A stretch of DNA of 49,556 nt, taken from contig NC_068983.1 in NCBI RefSeq assembly GCF_001194135.2, forward strand, positions 90,411,868 through 90,461,423, read 5' to 3'. Position 1 is the first letter of the stretch. Each line of letters starts with the position of its first letter. The position numbers and the translations under genes were made by a program. Shown in pieces: positions 10,976 to 23,626 of this stretch. The notes under the pieces are model-generated. The model was not told the DNA's origin and did not search any database. It saw only the letters and a list, made by a program, of their open reading frames with translations. The DNA is from Octopus bimaculoides (taxonomy: Eukaryota).

Positions 10976-11340
10976 TTCTTGGAGAAATTATATTTATTCC
11001 TATCCAATAGATGTAAGACTGAAAATGTAGTTTACCAATGCGACGTACACACAAACGGCCATATTAGATCTTACATTGGCGCCACGATAAACCAAATACG
11101 CCTCAGATACAATGAGCACCAATCTAGCTTTAAAAATAGAAAAAAGGCAAATTCAACAGGACTTAGTAGCTATATCTGGGAATTAAAGGACAATAAGATA
11201 GGATATAAACTAAAGTGGCATATACTAAAAGCAGCAAATTCTTATAACCCAACTAACAGACGCTGTGACCTCTGTCTAACTGAACGCCTCAAAATCCTAA
11301 CGGCTACAAAGCATCTTTTAAACAAGCAATATGAAAATAT
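10976..11340 (+). mobile_element. PLE GIY-YIG endonuclease fragment (Naiad type)
   Basis: CKTENVVYQC...SYIGAT...RYNEHQSSF...LSSYIWELK...RRCDLCLTE. Confidence 0.9.
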
Positions 11341-11359
11341 GTGTCTTGAATGTCTACAA

Positions 11360-13715
11360 GATATATGATGCTGTGTTGAGGAAAGAGCTTCAGACTCACT
11401 TGTCCAACATTGAAAATACTACAGTTTGGGAAGATTTTGTGACCAGATTCTTCAATGTACTACTGAAACACTGGGATATGTTACTGCTACACACACAGAG
11501 ACTGGTTTGATGAAAATGATGCTGAAGTTCAGTGACTATTGGTTGTAAAGCACCATGCCCACAATGTATTACCATCTGTGCAGCAAAATCTAGCACTTGC
11601 CCACTATAGCAGTGTAAAATCACTACTGCAGCAATCTCTCAGGAAGATGCAGAACACTTGGTGAGAGGATCTTGCTTGTGATGTTCAGGCTGCTGCTGAT
11701 GCAAATGACAGCAAGAAGCTTTACCATCTTATGAAGCAAGTTGATAAACCTAAGAGCTCCGCATCAGCTCCTTTACTTTCCAAGGAGTCTTTTACTCCAT
11801 TTACTAAATCAGCAGAAATCATAGGTCGCTGGATTGAACTGAACACTTCTCTGAACTCCTGAACCATGAGTCAGTTGTGGATGAAACAGTGATTGATACT
11901 ATGCAACAAAGACCTATCATTGGCTCCTTAAATTCCATGTCTTCAATAGATGAGGTAATGACAGCAATAAGTGAATTGAATTTTGGTAGGGTACCTGGAA
12001 GGGATGGAATTTCTGCTGAGGTCTTGCAATTTGGTGGTAATTACATCATACAGTCCCTTCATGAACATGTTAGTGTAGTCTGGAGGGATGGTGTTGTGTA
12101 GTGTCTAAGGACTGGAAGGATGCAGTTATTCTTCTTTATAAAAGAAAAGGAACTAGAATAATGTGTGGTAACTACAGAGGTATTGCTCTATCAGCTGCTG
12201 GCAAGGTTCTGGCAAATTTCACCTGAATGGGTGTCTCATAAATGATGTCCTATCTGAATCGCAATGTGGCTTCAAACTTCACAGCAAGACAGATGCAGGA
12301 GAAGTGCTATGAGCAGAATGTGGATCTTATCCAGGTATTCATTGATTTAACCAAGGCCTTTGACACTGTGAATAGGGCCTTGCTATGGAAAATACTTGGC
12401 AAACTTGGATATTATTATGCATATATAATTATATATATATATAATTAAATCATTTCATGATGGGATGGAGGCATGGGTCAATGCTGGTGGGACCCATTCC
12501 TGTAGAGAATGGTGTCAAGCTGGGTGACATCCTTGTCCCAACTCTCTTTTCTTTGTACTTTGCCGTTGCTTTTACTCATGCTTTTGCTAAGGTTAGCTCT
12601 CTGGGAATATATGTCAGGTAGCAATCTTCTGGCCACTTCTTTAATCTGCGCCGATTTGATGCTAATTCAAAAGTTTTCCAATCTCTTATTTGTGACCTCT
12701 TTTATGCAGATGACTCATAAAGTGGATGACATGCAAATACTTATGAATCGTATTTCTGCTTCTTGCAAGGCATTTGGATTCAGCATTAGCCTGGACAAGA
12801 CTGTTGTAATGTTTCAGTCTGCACCAGTAAATCCATATGTGGAACCAGCTATCTTGGCTGAAGGAACAATACTGAAAGTGGTAGATAAGTTTGTCTACCT
12901 GGGCAGCACACTCAGCTGTTCTTGCTTCCTGGATGATGAAATATCTTTCAGGCTGCAGAGAGCAACTGATTCCTTCCGGCCTCTTCAGTCTCATGTCTGG
13001 TCCCAGCATGGCATCACAAGGCAAACAAAAATTGCTGTGTATCGTGTTTGTGTACTGACATTGCTCCTTTACTCATGTGAGACATGGACCCTTTACAAAC
13101 GGCATGTAAGGGTCCTTGAACGCTTTCATCAGAGATGTCTGAGACACATTCTGAATGTTGGCTGGACCTTAAAAACTCCAGACACACAGGTCTTCAGGAA
13201 AGCTGATATCCTGAGTATTGAAGCGATGGTGCACAAGCACCGGTTATGTTGGAGTGGACACCTTATTAGAATGAAGGATAACAGGATCCCTAAACAGATG
13301 CTTTATGGCGAACTTGTTAGTGGAAAGAGACTCCGATAGAAACCAAGGCTGCGATTTAAGGACTGTGTCAAGTCCTCATTAAAGGACTGTGATATGCAGG
13401 AGACTGACTGGGAGAGCAATGCCTGTCATTGCCTCAGACGGAGGAAGTAGGTTAAGGAGGGGGTCGACAACTTTGAAAGAGCACATATTCTGCATGAAGA
13501 ATTTAACCGTGCTGCTCAAAAGTGCTCTGCTAGCGTAGTGAATGGGGAAAGCTTGGTTTGCAATGTTTGCAGTCATGTATGCTTGTCAAGAGCAGGGCTC
13601 ATTAGCCACCAACAGAGCCGCAAATGCAAAATATAAGTTAGTCCTAGAATGCACAATGTTCTTAAAGGTCATCAATGGTCTTCCTCGGTCATGAGTGGAC
13701 GGCCATCATCATGAT
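11360..13715 (+). mobile_element. Decayed RTE (BovB-like) LINE: linker, RT, C-terminus and (CAT/GAT) tail
   Basis: PGRDGISAEV, FIDLTKAFDTVNRALLWKILGKLG, LLYSCETWTLY, RIPKQMLYGEL. Confidence 0.92.
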
Positions 13716-14087
13716 GTATGTATGTTGGGAAAATCAAAAATAGAAACAAAAACAACAAAAGTCAAAAGCTGGATATTCAGTTTACAAAAAATATACACAC
13801 ACAGTTCTTTCAAAAGTGCTCTAGACATTGACTGGTGACAGCAATTGGCTAAGGGCTTAATTACACACCCACACACATACTTAGCATTGGTCTCAACTCC
13901 TACCCCCTGGGTTCACTGCTCCCCAGAAAATATTTATTGAAGACCATAGTACTACAAGCATGCTTATATATACATATATAAATATGTGTGTGTGCTTTTG
14001 TATGTATGTTTGTATACATTTATCTATTTGTCTGACAGTCTAGCTATCTATGCACACACATACATGTGTGTATATATATATGTGTGG

Positions 14088-14092
14088 CTATA

Positions 14093-14133
<41 letters not shown>

Positions 14134-14397
14134 NNNNNNNNNNNNNNNNNNNNNNNNNNNNNNNNNNNNNNNNNNNNNNNNNNNNNNNNNNNNNNNNNNN
14201 NNNNNNNNNNNNNNNNNNNNNNNNNNNNNNNNNNNNNNNNNNNNNNNNNNNNNNNNNNNNNNNNNNNNNNNNNNNNNNNNNNNNNNNNNNNNNNNNNNNN
14301 NNNNNNNNNNNNNNNNNNNNNNNNNNNNNNNNNNNNNNNNNNNNNNNNNNNNNNNNNNNNNNNNNNNNNNNNNNNNNNNNNNNNNNNNNNNNNNNNN

Positions 14398-14432
<35 letters not shown>
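14088..14432. repeat. (TA)n microsatellite spanning an N-gap
   Basis: (TA)n on both gap flanks. Confidence 0.85.
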
Positions 14433-14439
<7 letters not shown>

Positions 14440-14689
14440 TAGCAGTATTACCTGTAGTTGATTGAGTAATTACTTTTACTCTTTCTCAGGGGCCACATTC
14501 AAAGTGTTATTATATATATAGATTTACTCCTCCTGTATGTGTGTATTTTATAAGAAAAAAAACATGTAATAATTGAAGTAGAAAAAAGATTAATTTCATA
14601 CATGAACTTCTGTTTGCTTATTATATGACAGTAATAAGTGAGATGTATGTGTTATTTTAAATATCAATACAGTGATGGCATTTATATAA

Positions 14690-14815
14690 TGCACAAGGCT
14701 TTGGTCGGCACAGAGCTGTAATGAAAGAGAATTGCCCAATGTGCTGCACAATGGGACTTAACCCAAGGCAACATGGCTGGAAAGCAAGCTTTTCAACCAC
14801 ACAACTATGCCTATA
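14690..14815 (-). mobile_element. Decayed 5' part of the tRNA-derived SINE family seen at 22861
   Basis: cacaaggctttggtcggc...gggacttaaccc...aagcaagc..aaccacaca is the reverse complement of the SINE head. Confidence 0.65.
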
Positions 14816-15189
14816 AAGGAGAGATACATTTTGGATAATATACTCCTTGATACAATATGCTTAACAAAAAGATGGGATGTTTATGGTGAGAAGACCTTTA
14901 TTTTAATATTTACTCAAGCAACGCAACAACTAACACTGCTACACCATACAGGGTGTTCTAGAATTAACTAACTGTTTCAATGAAATTGAGCATATTTTTA
15001 AAAAACTGATAGGATTTTATGTTTATTACCAAAACAAATAGATTTATAAATCTTATATCAAACTTTTATTGAAAATTTTCAACATGCCTGTATCCTTGCA
15101 TACTTCAAATCTCTCCTTAGCATTGTGAAACACATTTTGAAGCATTTCAGGAGTTAGCTCCTACACTGCTAAATGAATGTGTTCTTTAA

Positions 15190-15850
15190 GCTCAGCTAAA
15201 TGATTCCTCCATCTTGGGGATGGAGGTAAAGAAAAAGATTGCTGCCAAATTGAAAAAAAGCTGCCATGGACAAATAAGAGAGGTCCAACAGGAATGAGAA
15301 TAAATTATAAGCAAAATTCAAAATTTTAACACATATTGAACACGATAAACATAAATAAAAGTGAGTTTTAAAAAAGATGCATCCGATTTCACTCAAATCA
15401 TCATTAATTCTGGGAGACCCTGTATTTACTCATTCGACTAAACAGTGGAGGGAACACAGTGGCGAGCATAAGCTTCCAGAAGTGGTCATGCAATCAAACT
15501 CAAATGGGTGTGAGTCACAACAACAATTTGTTTTTTTGCATGAACATTTTGCATTATATAGTTCAGACATGGATGACACAGAAAGCAGACATGCTACCGG
15601 GCCATGCTGCGTTGCATAGGATTGGAAACGTGAAACATCAACAGGGCACTTCTGGAGAAGGATGAATGGGTTTGTTGTGTCTTTACCCAGCTGCACTCAC
15701 AACATGCACATGGCCCAGTGGAGCACAGGATGGTAACATGAAGCATCAATATGGTTCCGACAAAAATTTTGATGTTCTTCTCATTTCCTCTGCCAAACTG
15801 GATAAAAAGGTTTCCATGAAATATTATACACTATTTATAATGCATAAGTA
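15190..15850 (+). pseudogene. Possible highly decayed piggyBac-like transposase C-terminal half
   Basis: Weak by-eye resemblance: IRLNSGGNTVAS to VRWxDNxxVxxxS, and LYSSDMDDTE to YNxxMGGVD. Confidence 0.25.
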
Positions 15851-15899
15851 GTGTCAGTATTTTATCTTCGGAAAATGGCCTGAAACAAACATTAAACCC

Positions 15900-16230
15900 A
15901 GTGCAATATACTCAAATCTGATTAATCTGCATTTTGGGAGAGCCCATAGTCGGCATCAGAAATTTTTTTAGTTAACAGCAATTTGAGGAGCCTGATTAAT
16001 GTTTGTTGCAAATTTGGAGGAAAGCGACTGGATATTCTTCAAGTTAGGGGCCTTAATGCTGCGAAAATGCTTAAAAAATGCAGTTTATCTGCTCCTGGGA
16101 GTGCATTAGGCAAGAAGTTAAAAATTTGTTTTGGCCCTATGTAATGCATGTATAAAATTTCATTAAAATCGGTTGGGTGGATCATGGCAAATAGACAGAC
16201 AGACACACATCCTGTGTTATATATATAAAG
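15900..16230 (-). mobile_element. Non-autonomous Helitron-like element
   Basis: Ends acagacagacacacatcctgtgttatatatataaag, parallel to 1340-1385. Confidence 0.4.
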
Positions 16231-16332
16231 GCGACATCATGTAATGTAGGAAATCTTTTGGATCTGAATTGTATGTAATTCTGTATGTTAATATATTGTC
16301 TTGTGTCACTGTATGTTTTTTGTGAGACTGAA

Positions 16333-16419
16333 CATCCTGATGAAGGGAGTGTCTAGTTTTCTTCAAATATGAGTACTATACCATATCATAAGACACATCT
16401 CTGAAATAGCCCGTAGATG
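16333..16419 (+). ncRNA. Type I hammerhead ribozyme, third family
   Basis: CAUC-CUGAUGA-AGGGAGUGUCU..AGACAC(A)UCUCU-GAAA-UAGCCC-GUA-GAUG; 4-bp stem I and 11-bp stem II. Confidence 0.65.
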
Positions 16420-18229
16420 GTGACTTTGAATATTATTCTGTGTTGTGCATGTTTTTTTCGATATAGTGTATATAAATTTATTTTCTGTATTGTACATGTT
16501 CTTATAATATAATACATATAAACTTTGTGATATCATATCATATATATTTATTCACTATATGTTATATCATACCGAAGGTTTATGTATCGTATTACATTGT
16601 CTTATATTGATTAATATTTTTATATGGCTTGGAAATTAGGAATACTTATAAATATTTTAAAAATATTCTTAAATATTTTTAAACATTCATTATATTTTTG
16701 AAGTTTAAGTGTTTTTACATGCCTGTGCACATTTATTTCATTTTTGGTATTTTCACTACTGGGAATTGTGTATAATTATTGATTCAAGGATGATATGCAC
16801 ACACATGTATATTAAATCTTTTGTTGGAGACGGGATGCTGTTCTTATAGTTTTCCANNNNNNNNNNNNNNNNNNNNNNNNNNNNNNNNNNNNNNNNNNNN
16901 NNNNNNNNNNNNNNNNNNNNNNNNNNNNNNNNNNNNNNNNNNNNNNNNNNNNNNNNNNNNNNNNNNNNNNNNNNNNNNNNNNNNNNNNNNNNNNNNNNNN
17001 NNNNNNNNNNNNNNNNNNNNNNNNNNNNNNNNNNNNNNNNNNNNNNNNNNNNNNNNNNNNNNNNNNNNNNNNNNNNNNNNNNNNNNNNNNNNNNNNNNNN
17101 NNNNNNNNNNNNNNNNNNNNNNNNNNNNNNNNNNNNNNNNNNNNNNNNNNNNNNNNNNNNNNNNNNNNNNNNNNNNNNNNNNNNNNNNNNNNNNNNNNNN
17201 NNNNNNNNNNNNNNNNNNNNNNNNNNNNNNNNNNNNNNNNNNNNNNNNNNNNNNNNNNNNNNNNNNNNNNNNNNNNNNNNNNNNNNNNNNNNNNNNNNNN
17301 NNNNNNNNNNNNNNTAGGATAAAGATAAGAACTTTTCCATATCTTCTATAACTGGTATTTTAACATATGTTCTAAGAAAAGAAATTTACAATTATTTTAA
17401 TCCATTACTGATAAATATAATATTGCATATAACTTTTTTTTATGTTTTGGAATTTTCAGAAAACTACACATGAGAATTCAAATGATTATGAAAAAAAAAT
17501 TGTGTGTGATTTAAGGGTGATATAGCTGTTATTTTTGGTACATCTCATGACCACCTGATACCTTCTTCATTTCTTTGTCACTGGCATGTATTAATATTTT
17601 TCAATATTTTTCTCCCCATAAACACATTTAATGGAATGATGATGCACCCAAAGGTGGGATTCAAGCCAAAAATTCAGACTATCCGTATTTTAAACTCTGA
17701 TTAAAAAAAAAATACAAAGAGTAGAAATGAAGGTAGCTGGTGGTCATGACATCTTAAAATAGATACTAAAGGCAAAACAATTTTCAAAGATGCTGTAACT
17801 TATTTCGAGAATCATAATATTCCCCTCAGATATATAATAGCTTGTGCTAATGACAATATCATCCATGATTGGCAGATATAGAGATTTTATTGCCTATTTA
17901 ATAAATGCTGTATTTTGTATACACTGTGTGATAACACCAGCAACACTTACTTGCAAAACAATTAAGTGCACATCTTACTGGAATGATATTGTAATGTGAT
18001 TTACAAGACCGCAGCTTTCTGTAATCAAAATCAAGAGTTTGAACACTGTATTTCACACAGAGATGAGATGGTTCATTTTTTTTTTTGTACTTGGGTATAC
18101 TATTGTCTCATTCCTGGCTAACAACAATCTCAACCAACAAATGGTTGCAGCTAAATGTGATATATTTTATTTATCAGATATATTTGATAAAATTAATTTG
18201 ATTAACAATCAGCTTCAAGGAGAAAACTC

Positions 18230-18789
18230 AGATCTATTTTAAAACGGGGGCCACATTTTTCATTAATGTTTTACGTAGTGTTTTTGGTACGGAAAGACTT
18301 TCAAACTTCGTATACTTATCTATTTTGTGTTATAGAACAGAAAAATATTTTTGTATTCGAATTTATTTCATGTAAAAAATTGTCTTATTTCGATAATTTC
18401 AACCAATCACTGACAAGTATTCAGTTGTTTACATTTACTCCTTTGGCTGATTAAGCGATGTAAAGCGTATTTAATCTCCATACCTTCATTTTATTTGCTT
18501 TAACCCTAACCCTAACCCTAACCCTAGGGTTAGGGTTAGGGTTAGGGTTAATTGTTTCAGAATCGTTTGTTTATGTAGTCGGCACTTAATGTATATCAGC
18601 TGAATGGACGTCAGTGATTGGTTGAAATTACAGAAATACGACAACTTTAACATGGAATAACTTATGGATTTCTTTTTTTTTAAAGAAGACTAAGAGAAAA
18701 AGATGTTTTATATGACACATTCTACCAGTGTTCCAAGTTTCAAAGTGTTTCGTTAATGAAAAATGTGGCCCCCGTTTTAAAAAAGATCC
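18230..18789. mobile_element. MITE with ~37-bp TIRs and 8-bp TSD GAAAACTC
   Basis: TIRs agatctattttaaaacgggggccacatttttcattaa / ttaatgaaaaatgtggcccccgttttaaaaaagatcc; TSD at 18222-18229 and 18790-18797; excision restores the transposase reading QGENSDLL. Confidence 0.92.
18501..18550. repeat. Perfect 50-bp telomeric palindrome (TAACCC)4-TA-(GGGTTA)4
   Basis: Directly visible inside the MITE. Confidence 0.95.
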
Positions 18790-21736
18790 GAAAACTCTGA
18801 TCTCCTCTCCTCCAAAGGAGCTATTACTGCTTTTCTAAGGAAATTACAGCTCTAGAAAATAAATATTGTATGTTGTGTTTTATTACAATTTCCTAGTTTG
18901 GAATCAATTAACAATAATCTGCATGATGATGACCTTGTATACTGAACATCTGAAAAAATTGCATAATGATATGCAATCTCAGTTTAACAACCTGCTAAAG
19001 TTAAATATACCACGTTGGGTGATATTTCTTTTTGAAGTTAATGTTGCTGATGTAGATATCTGTTTGCAGGAGAATCTCATTGAATTGCAGAGTGATGAAA
19101 TATTTCAGGCAAGATTTAAAGATGGAGAACATAATGTAAGAAATGACACTGCTACAAAGTATCCTCCATTCTGGTGGGAAAGCGCAGTTGTACTTTACTG
19201 CTTTTTCTTTGTCTTACCTTGTTAAATCTGGTTTCAGCCATGTCACTAACTTATTGTGAAAAGCTCATAATCAAATTGACATTGTAGAAAAAGGTAATCT
19301 TCGATTATCATTGATAACGTTGGAGTAGAATATTTTAAAACTAGCAGAGCAGCACCAACTGCCAGACTTGCATTAAAGAAATTAACACTAAAGCACAATA
19401 TTATTTCAATAAATATATACTTGTATATTTATGACTCATTTTACTTGTGAACATTCATTTTCAATAGAATTTAGTTGTTAAGAAATTGGTTATAGGTCTA
19501 CAGTACACAAAATATTTTAACAATTTTTATACAAGTCCTAATACTATCTAATTATAAAAATTCAATATGATCTTTTAAACATCGAATGGGTATGGTGCGT
19601 GGATATGTTGGGGGTCCACAGGATGGAAATAGGAATCAAAGGGGTCCACAGATAAAAAAGTTTGACCCTCACCCTATTGTTGAAGCTGAGAGTTTGAAAC
19701 ATAGGTGATAGGTACTATTTTCAAGAAATTCATCAAATTTGATCCGATTGTAATTGAAGTAGCTAATAAAATATCTGGATACTTTTGGGCGAAGAAGCTA
19801 TAAAAAATAATTTATGTGGAGTTTTTAGATTTATTTGAGTTTCATTAATTTCATATGTGCAATTTTTCCATAATCCTCTTTCATTTGACCAAGATATTAA
19901 AAATTTTGTCGTATTTCTGATCTTTTTCATGTCTAAGGATGGATGTGTATGTGTATTACTCTTTTTTCAAATTCAATTCTGGAGAAATGGAAGAGCATAT
20001 TTATCTAATCTTGTCTTACCTATTTTGCCCCGCCTATATTTGTCTGAGAGAAAACAGTGATAATTTTCTGAAATAGTGTTCTGAATATATTATACTTCTT
20101 ACTGCATTTAGAAAAGGTATTTACTTTTGTGCCCTACCTACTCTTACTGGAAACTGGAAATGCAGACTTTTGGAAATAGCTGTTTGAATTTTCCTGTTTT
20201 TGTTGGGCTGTCCCCTGCTGTCTGTTTTATTTTTTCATGCATTGGAAAACAGTGAAGGGAAGCCATTTTAAAAAAAAGGAATTTTTTAAATCCATGTCTT
20301 TTAAATGTTGGTATCTCCACCCCCTCTCTCTCTTTCTCTTTCTCTCTCTCACACACACATGCTCATCATGTCTTTGGAACAACAACAACCACAAAAATGA
20401 GTTTTTCTTTTTCGCAATTTTCTGTCATTTTATCTTATTCTACATTCGTATGTAACTCATATTAAAAGAAAAAAATCTTACCCCACTCTTCCCTCTTTCA
20501 TTGTACTTTTCACAATGAAGAAAAAGTCAAACACTACAAGTGGGTGTGTGAAAAATGAAATATGAATTTTGAAAAAGTGTATCTATAAAGCAACATTTTC
20601 AGCTATTTATTTAAACTCTCTGCTAACTTATCGAATTCAATTATTTGAAATAGATGGGTCTTGAGATTTAAATTTGGTAATTTTCTAAGATTTTAATTCC
20701 TGTGTATAAGGAACCCAGCGAACTTGAAGTGCCCCACCCATGATTTAAATCCGGTCTTGGAGTTAAGTTGGATGCAAATCAGGCAGCAAAGATGGTACTG
20801 TTGAGAAAGTACAGCATTGTTTCAAATAAAAGGAAAAGAAGACTGTAAAGTTAGTGGAGATTCCTTTGGTAAAGAACCAAAAGGTTTGGCTGCAGTTTGG
20901 GTTACCGGAGAGTGTTAGTGTCATGTGGTGCATGAAAGCATCCTTTGCAAACTGGATGATGATGGTCTTATAAATGTTGCTGGATGAATTCCTCTGAGTT
21001 TTGGGAAGTTTATGAGGTTCTTCTGGTGCTGTAGGCCTTATTTTTTTTACCTGAACAGCCAAGATGCAGTTACAAGTAAACCACTTGAAAGACTTGAGAC
21101 ATTACAATTTTGTTGTGTGTGAAAACTAAAGATACATACCTAAAAAGATGGTTTTAATCACCTGCCAAGCTATTACTGATGGGTCAGAAATAAAGCATGT
21201 GTGCTACTATGGATAAGTAGCATAAAACTGGTGCAAATCCAACTAATTGAAACATTGTAAGGCCCAAGGGCAAGGGAGTGCTGTGTAGTATGTGATTGTG
21301 TGTTGAACAGTTTCAATAAGGCAGTAGTAAGAAGATATGATAGATGCAAAGATGGGCACAGTTTGGTAAAGATTGGGTTTTAGAAGTAAGAAAATGATCG
21401 AGGGTGTTTGGCATGTTTGTGTGTCAGTTTGGAATGCTAGTAGTACATTTTAAAAAAGTTGGTGTAAAAAGTTGCATTAAGAATAGCAAAGGATTCAGCT
21501 ACTGCACTGGCAGCATCTGTATGGGATGAGTGTAAAAGCCATGAGGTGCAGTGAACTTTGCAATCACTGAGGCCTTTCTAATGCAGGACAGATTATGGTG
21601 GTCAAAGAGTTGCTGGTGGTTTGAGAAATTAAGAGAATGATAGGGGATGTATTTGGGGGAATGAGGGAAGGAAACTGAGTCACAGAAGCTGGAAGTCATT
21701 ATTTCATTATTGCTGAAATTATTTACCCTGGTATAG

Positions 21737-21879
21737 ATCCAGATCTTAGCAATGAACAAACATGTCTTAACAGAGTGAAAAATAACATAGATAAAGCCAA
21801 CAGGAAAAGTAATCCACTGATAAAGTCATTTGGAAAAGGTTTCCCTCAAAAAATGCTCCAACACTTTATTGGAAGAGAG
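21737..21879 (+). CDS. Candidate exon of an unidentified host transcript
   Basis: Open frame DPDLSNEQTCLNRVKNNIDKANRKSNPLIKSFGKGFPQKMLQHFIGRE ending at GAG|gtatga; a 129-nt intron follows, ending in a strong polypyrimidine tract plus cacag. Confidence 0.3.
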
Positions 21880-22008
21880 GTATGATCTAAGAAAAAACAT
21901 CAGTTAATATTTTAATTTATATTTCTTGTGTTTCATGAATTCAGTGTTTAAAAAGTTATTAATTTTTTAATTTAAAGAATTCTTTTTTAATTTTCTCTTT
22001 TTTCACAG

Positions 22009-22073
22009 CCAATTCTCTATTTCCATCACAACCATGGAAACTAGCCACTGACCAAACAGATTCGGATTCTTAA
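22009..22073 (+). CDS. Candidate terminal exon
   Basis: Acceptor ttttctcttttttcacag; all three frames stop by 22073; AATAAA at about 22118. Confidence 0.25.
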
Positions 22074-22860
22074 AAACAAAGCACAGTACATTGGATTCTT
22101 CCACAGAGTTCAAATAATAATAAAAGTTTTGGAAAATAGATTATATGTGATTATATGTTTATATTTTTGTATGTAATTATCAATGGTGAGATTTTCAATC
22201 TATGTTATGTTTAAATAGAAATTGCTTTCTTATCATATTGAATTATTCTCCATCTACTCATACACATATCTCTTTCCTTTATGTGTTAGTCAGAAAGGGC
22301 TAGCAGTAACCACAATATTTGTTGGCACCTACAGACTGATGAGATTGATGTAGTCAGTGTCCAACCTGATCGTCTGTAAGTCAGTGTTTGCTGGAAAATA
22401 ATTGGGTGTGAAGGGAACCCAGAAAATAGTCCTCTAAACACTTACATGAGAGTGATAACAAAAGACAGATGGTAACATTTAAATTGGTAAGTTTACTTTG
22501 GTTGAGCTTGATGATATAGAAAAATTATATCACAATAACAATATTTATACTTATCTTCTTATAGTATCTACTTTTCTATACAGCAAAACATAGCAGTTCA
22601 GAAAACGAGTGTTAAAGGGGTGGTATGATAAAGGCAAGAAGTGAATATGTTTGGTCAGAATGTTATGATTTATGGTAATAAAACTGATTTGTAATAATGA
22701 TGACAACATAAGGTAATTATGTCAGTGAATCAATCAAAGAAAGGTCTTCATTCTCAAACAATATACTGAGGGACACACAGCAGTTTAAATTACAGGTAAT
22801 TGGCTTCCCATGTTTGGTATTCCATTATTAATTGTGAATCTGGCAATTTTGTAAAGAATA

Positions 22861-23275
22861 GGCGCAGGAGTGGCTGTGTGGTAAGTAGCTTGCTTACCAA
22901 CCACATGGTTCTGGGTTCATTCCCACTGTGTGGCACCTTGGGCAAGTGTCTTCTACTATAGCCTCAAGCTGACCAAAGCCTTGTGAGTGGATTTGGTAGA
23001 CGGAAACTGAAAGAAGCCTGTCATATATATGTACATATATATATATGTATGTGTATGTATATGTTTGTGTGTCTGTGTTTGTCTCCCCAACATCGCTTGA
23101 CAACTGATGCTGGTGTGTTTACGTCCCCGTAACTTAGCGGTTCGGCAAAAGAGACTGATAGAATAAGTACTAGGCTTCCAAAGAATAAGTCCTGGGGTCG
23201 ATTTGCTTGACTAAAGGCAGTGCTCCAGCATGGCTGCAGTCAAATAACTGAAACAATTAAAAGAGTAAAAGAGAA
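22861..23275 (+). mobile_element. tRNA-derived SINE with internal (TA)/(TG) tract
   Basis: ggcgcaggagtggctgtgtggtaag A-box, ggttcattccc B-box, taaaagag tail; homologous to 27277-27750. Confidence 0.9.
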
Positions 23276-23379
23276 TACTAAAATAGTACTAAAATAGCCA
23301 ACTTTATAAGCATCACTCTCGACTTAAACTTTACTACCTTCACCAAAAAGGTAATTAAGCCATGCAATATATTGATTTC

Positions 23380-23490
23380 AAATTTTGGCACAAGGCAATT
23401 TTGGGGTGGGAGGATTTTGATAGCATCAACCCCAGTGCTCAACTGGTGCTTATTTTATCAACCTCAAAAGGATGAAAGGCAAAGTTGACC
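23380..23490 (-). mobile_element. CORE-SINE fragment
   Basis: atcaacctcaaaaggatgaaaggcaaagttgacc is the reverse complement of the CORE segment at 31290-31330. Confidence 0.75.
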
Positions 23491-23626
23491 TAATATCACT
23501 TATAACAGTAACAACAACCCCAGTAGCAATAGTGTAGGAAATATAGACCAGTACAATTTTTACAAGCAATACAACCCTAATAGAGCCAAAAATGGAAGTA
23601 GGGATATAATGAAAAACAAAGTATAC

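Larger units (their letters stand above)
17740..19675 (+). mobile_element. Decayed hAT transposon (Charlie/Buster type), interrupted by a MITE
   Basis: FCIHCV, FHTEMRW, YLSDIFDKINLINNQLQG, QENLIELQSD, DIVEKGNLRLSL; 3' end ggggtccacagataaaaaagtttga. Confidence 0.85.

Noticed and set aside
18501-18550. Ancestral telomere-fusion site
   Set aside because: Polarity is (CCCTAA)n then (TTAGGG)n, opposite to a fusion, and it lies inside a MITE with TIRs and TSD
22336-22342. CTGATGA here and at about 2684, 26017 and 42872
   Set aside because: No GAAA partner or stems; two lie within RT or transposase coding sequence
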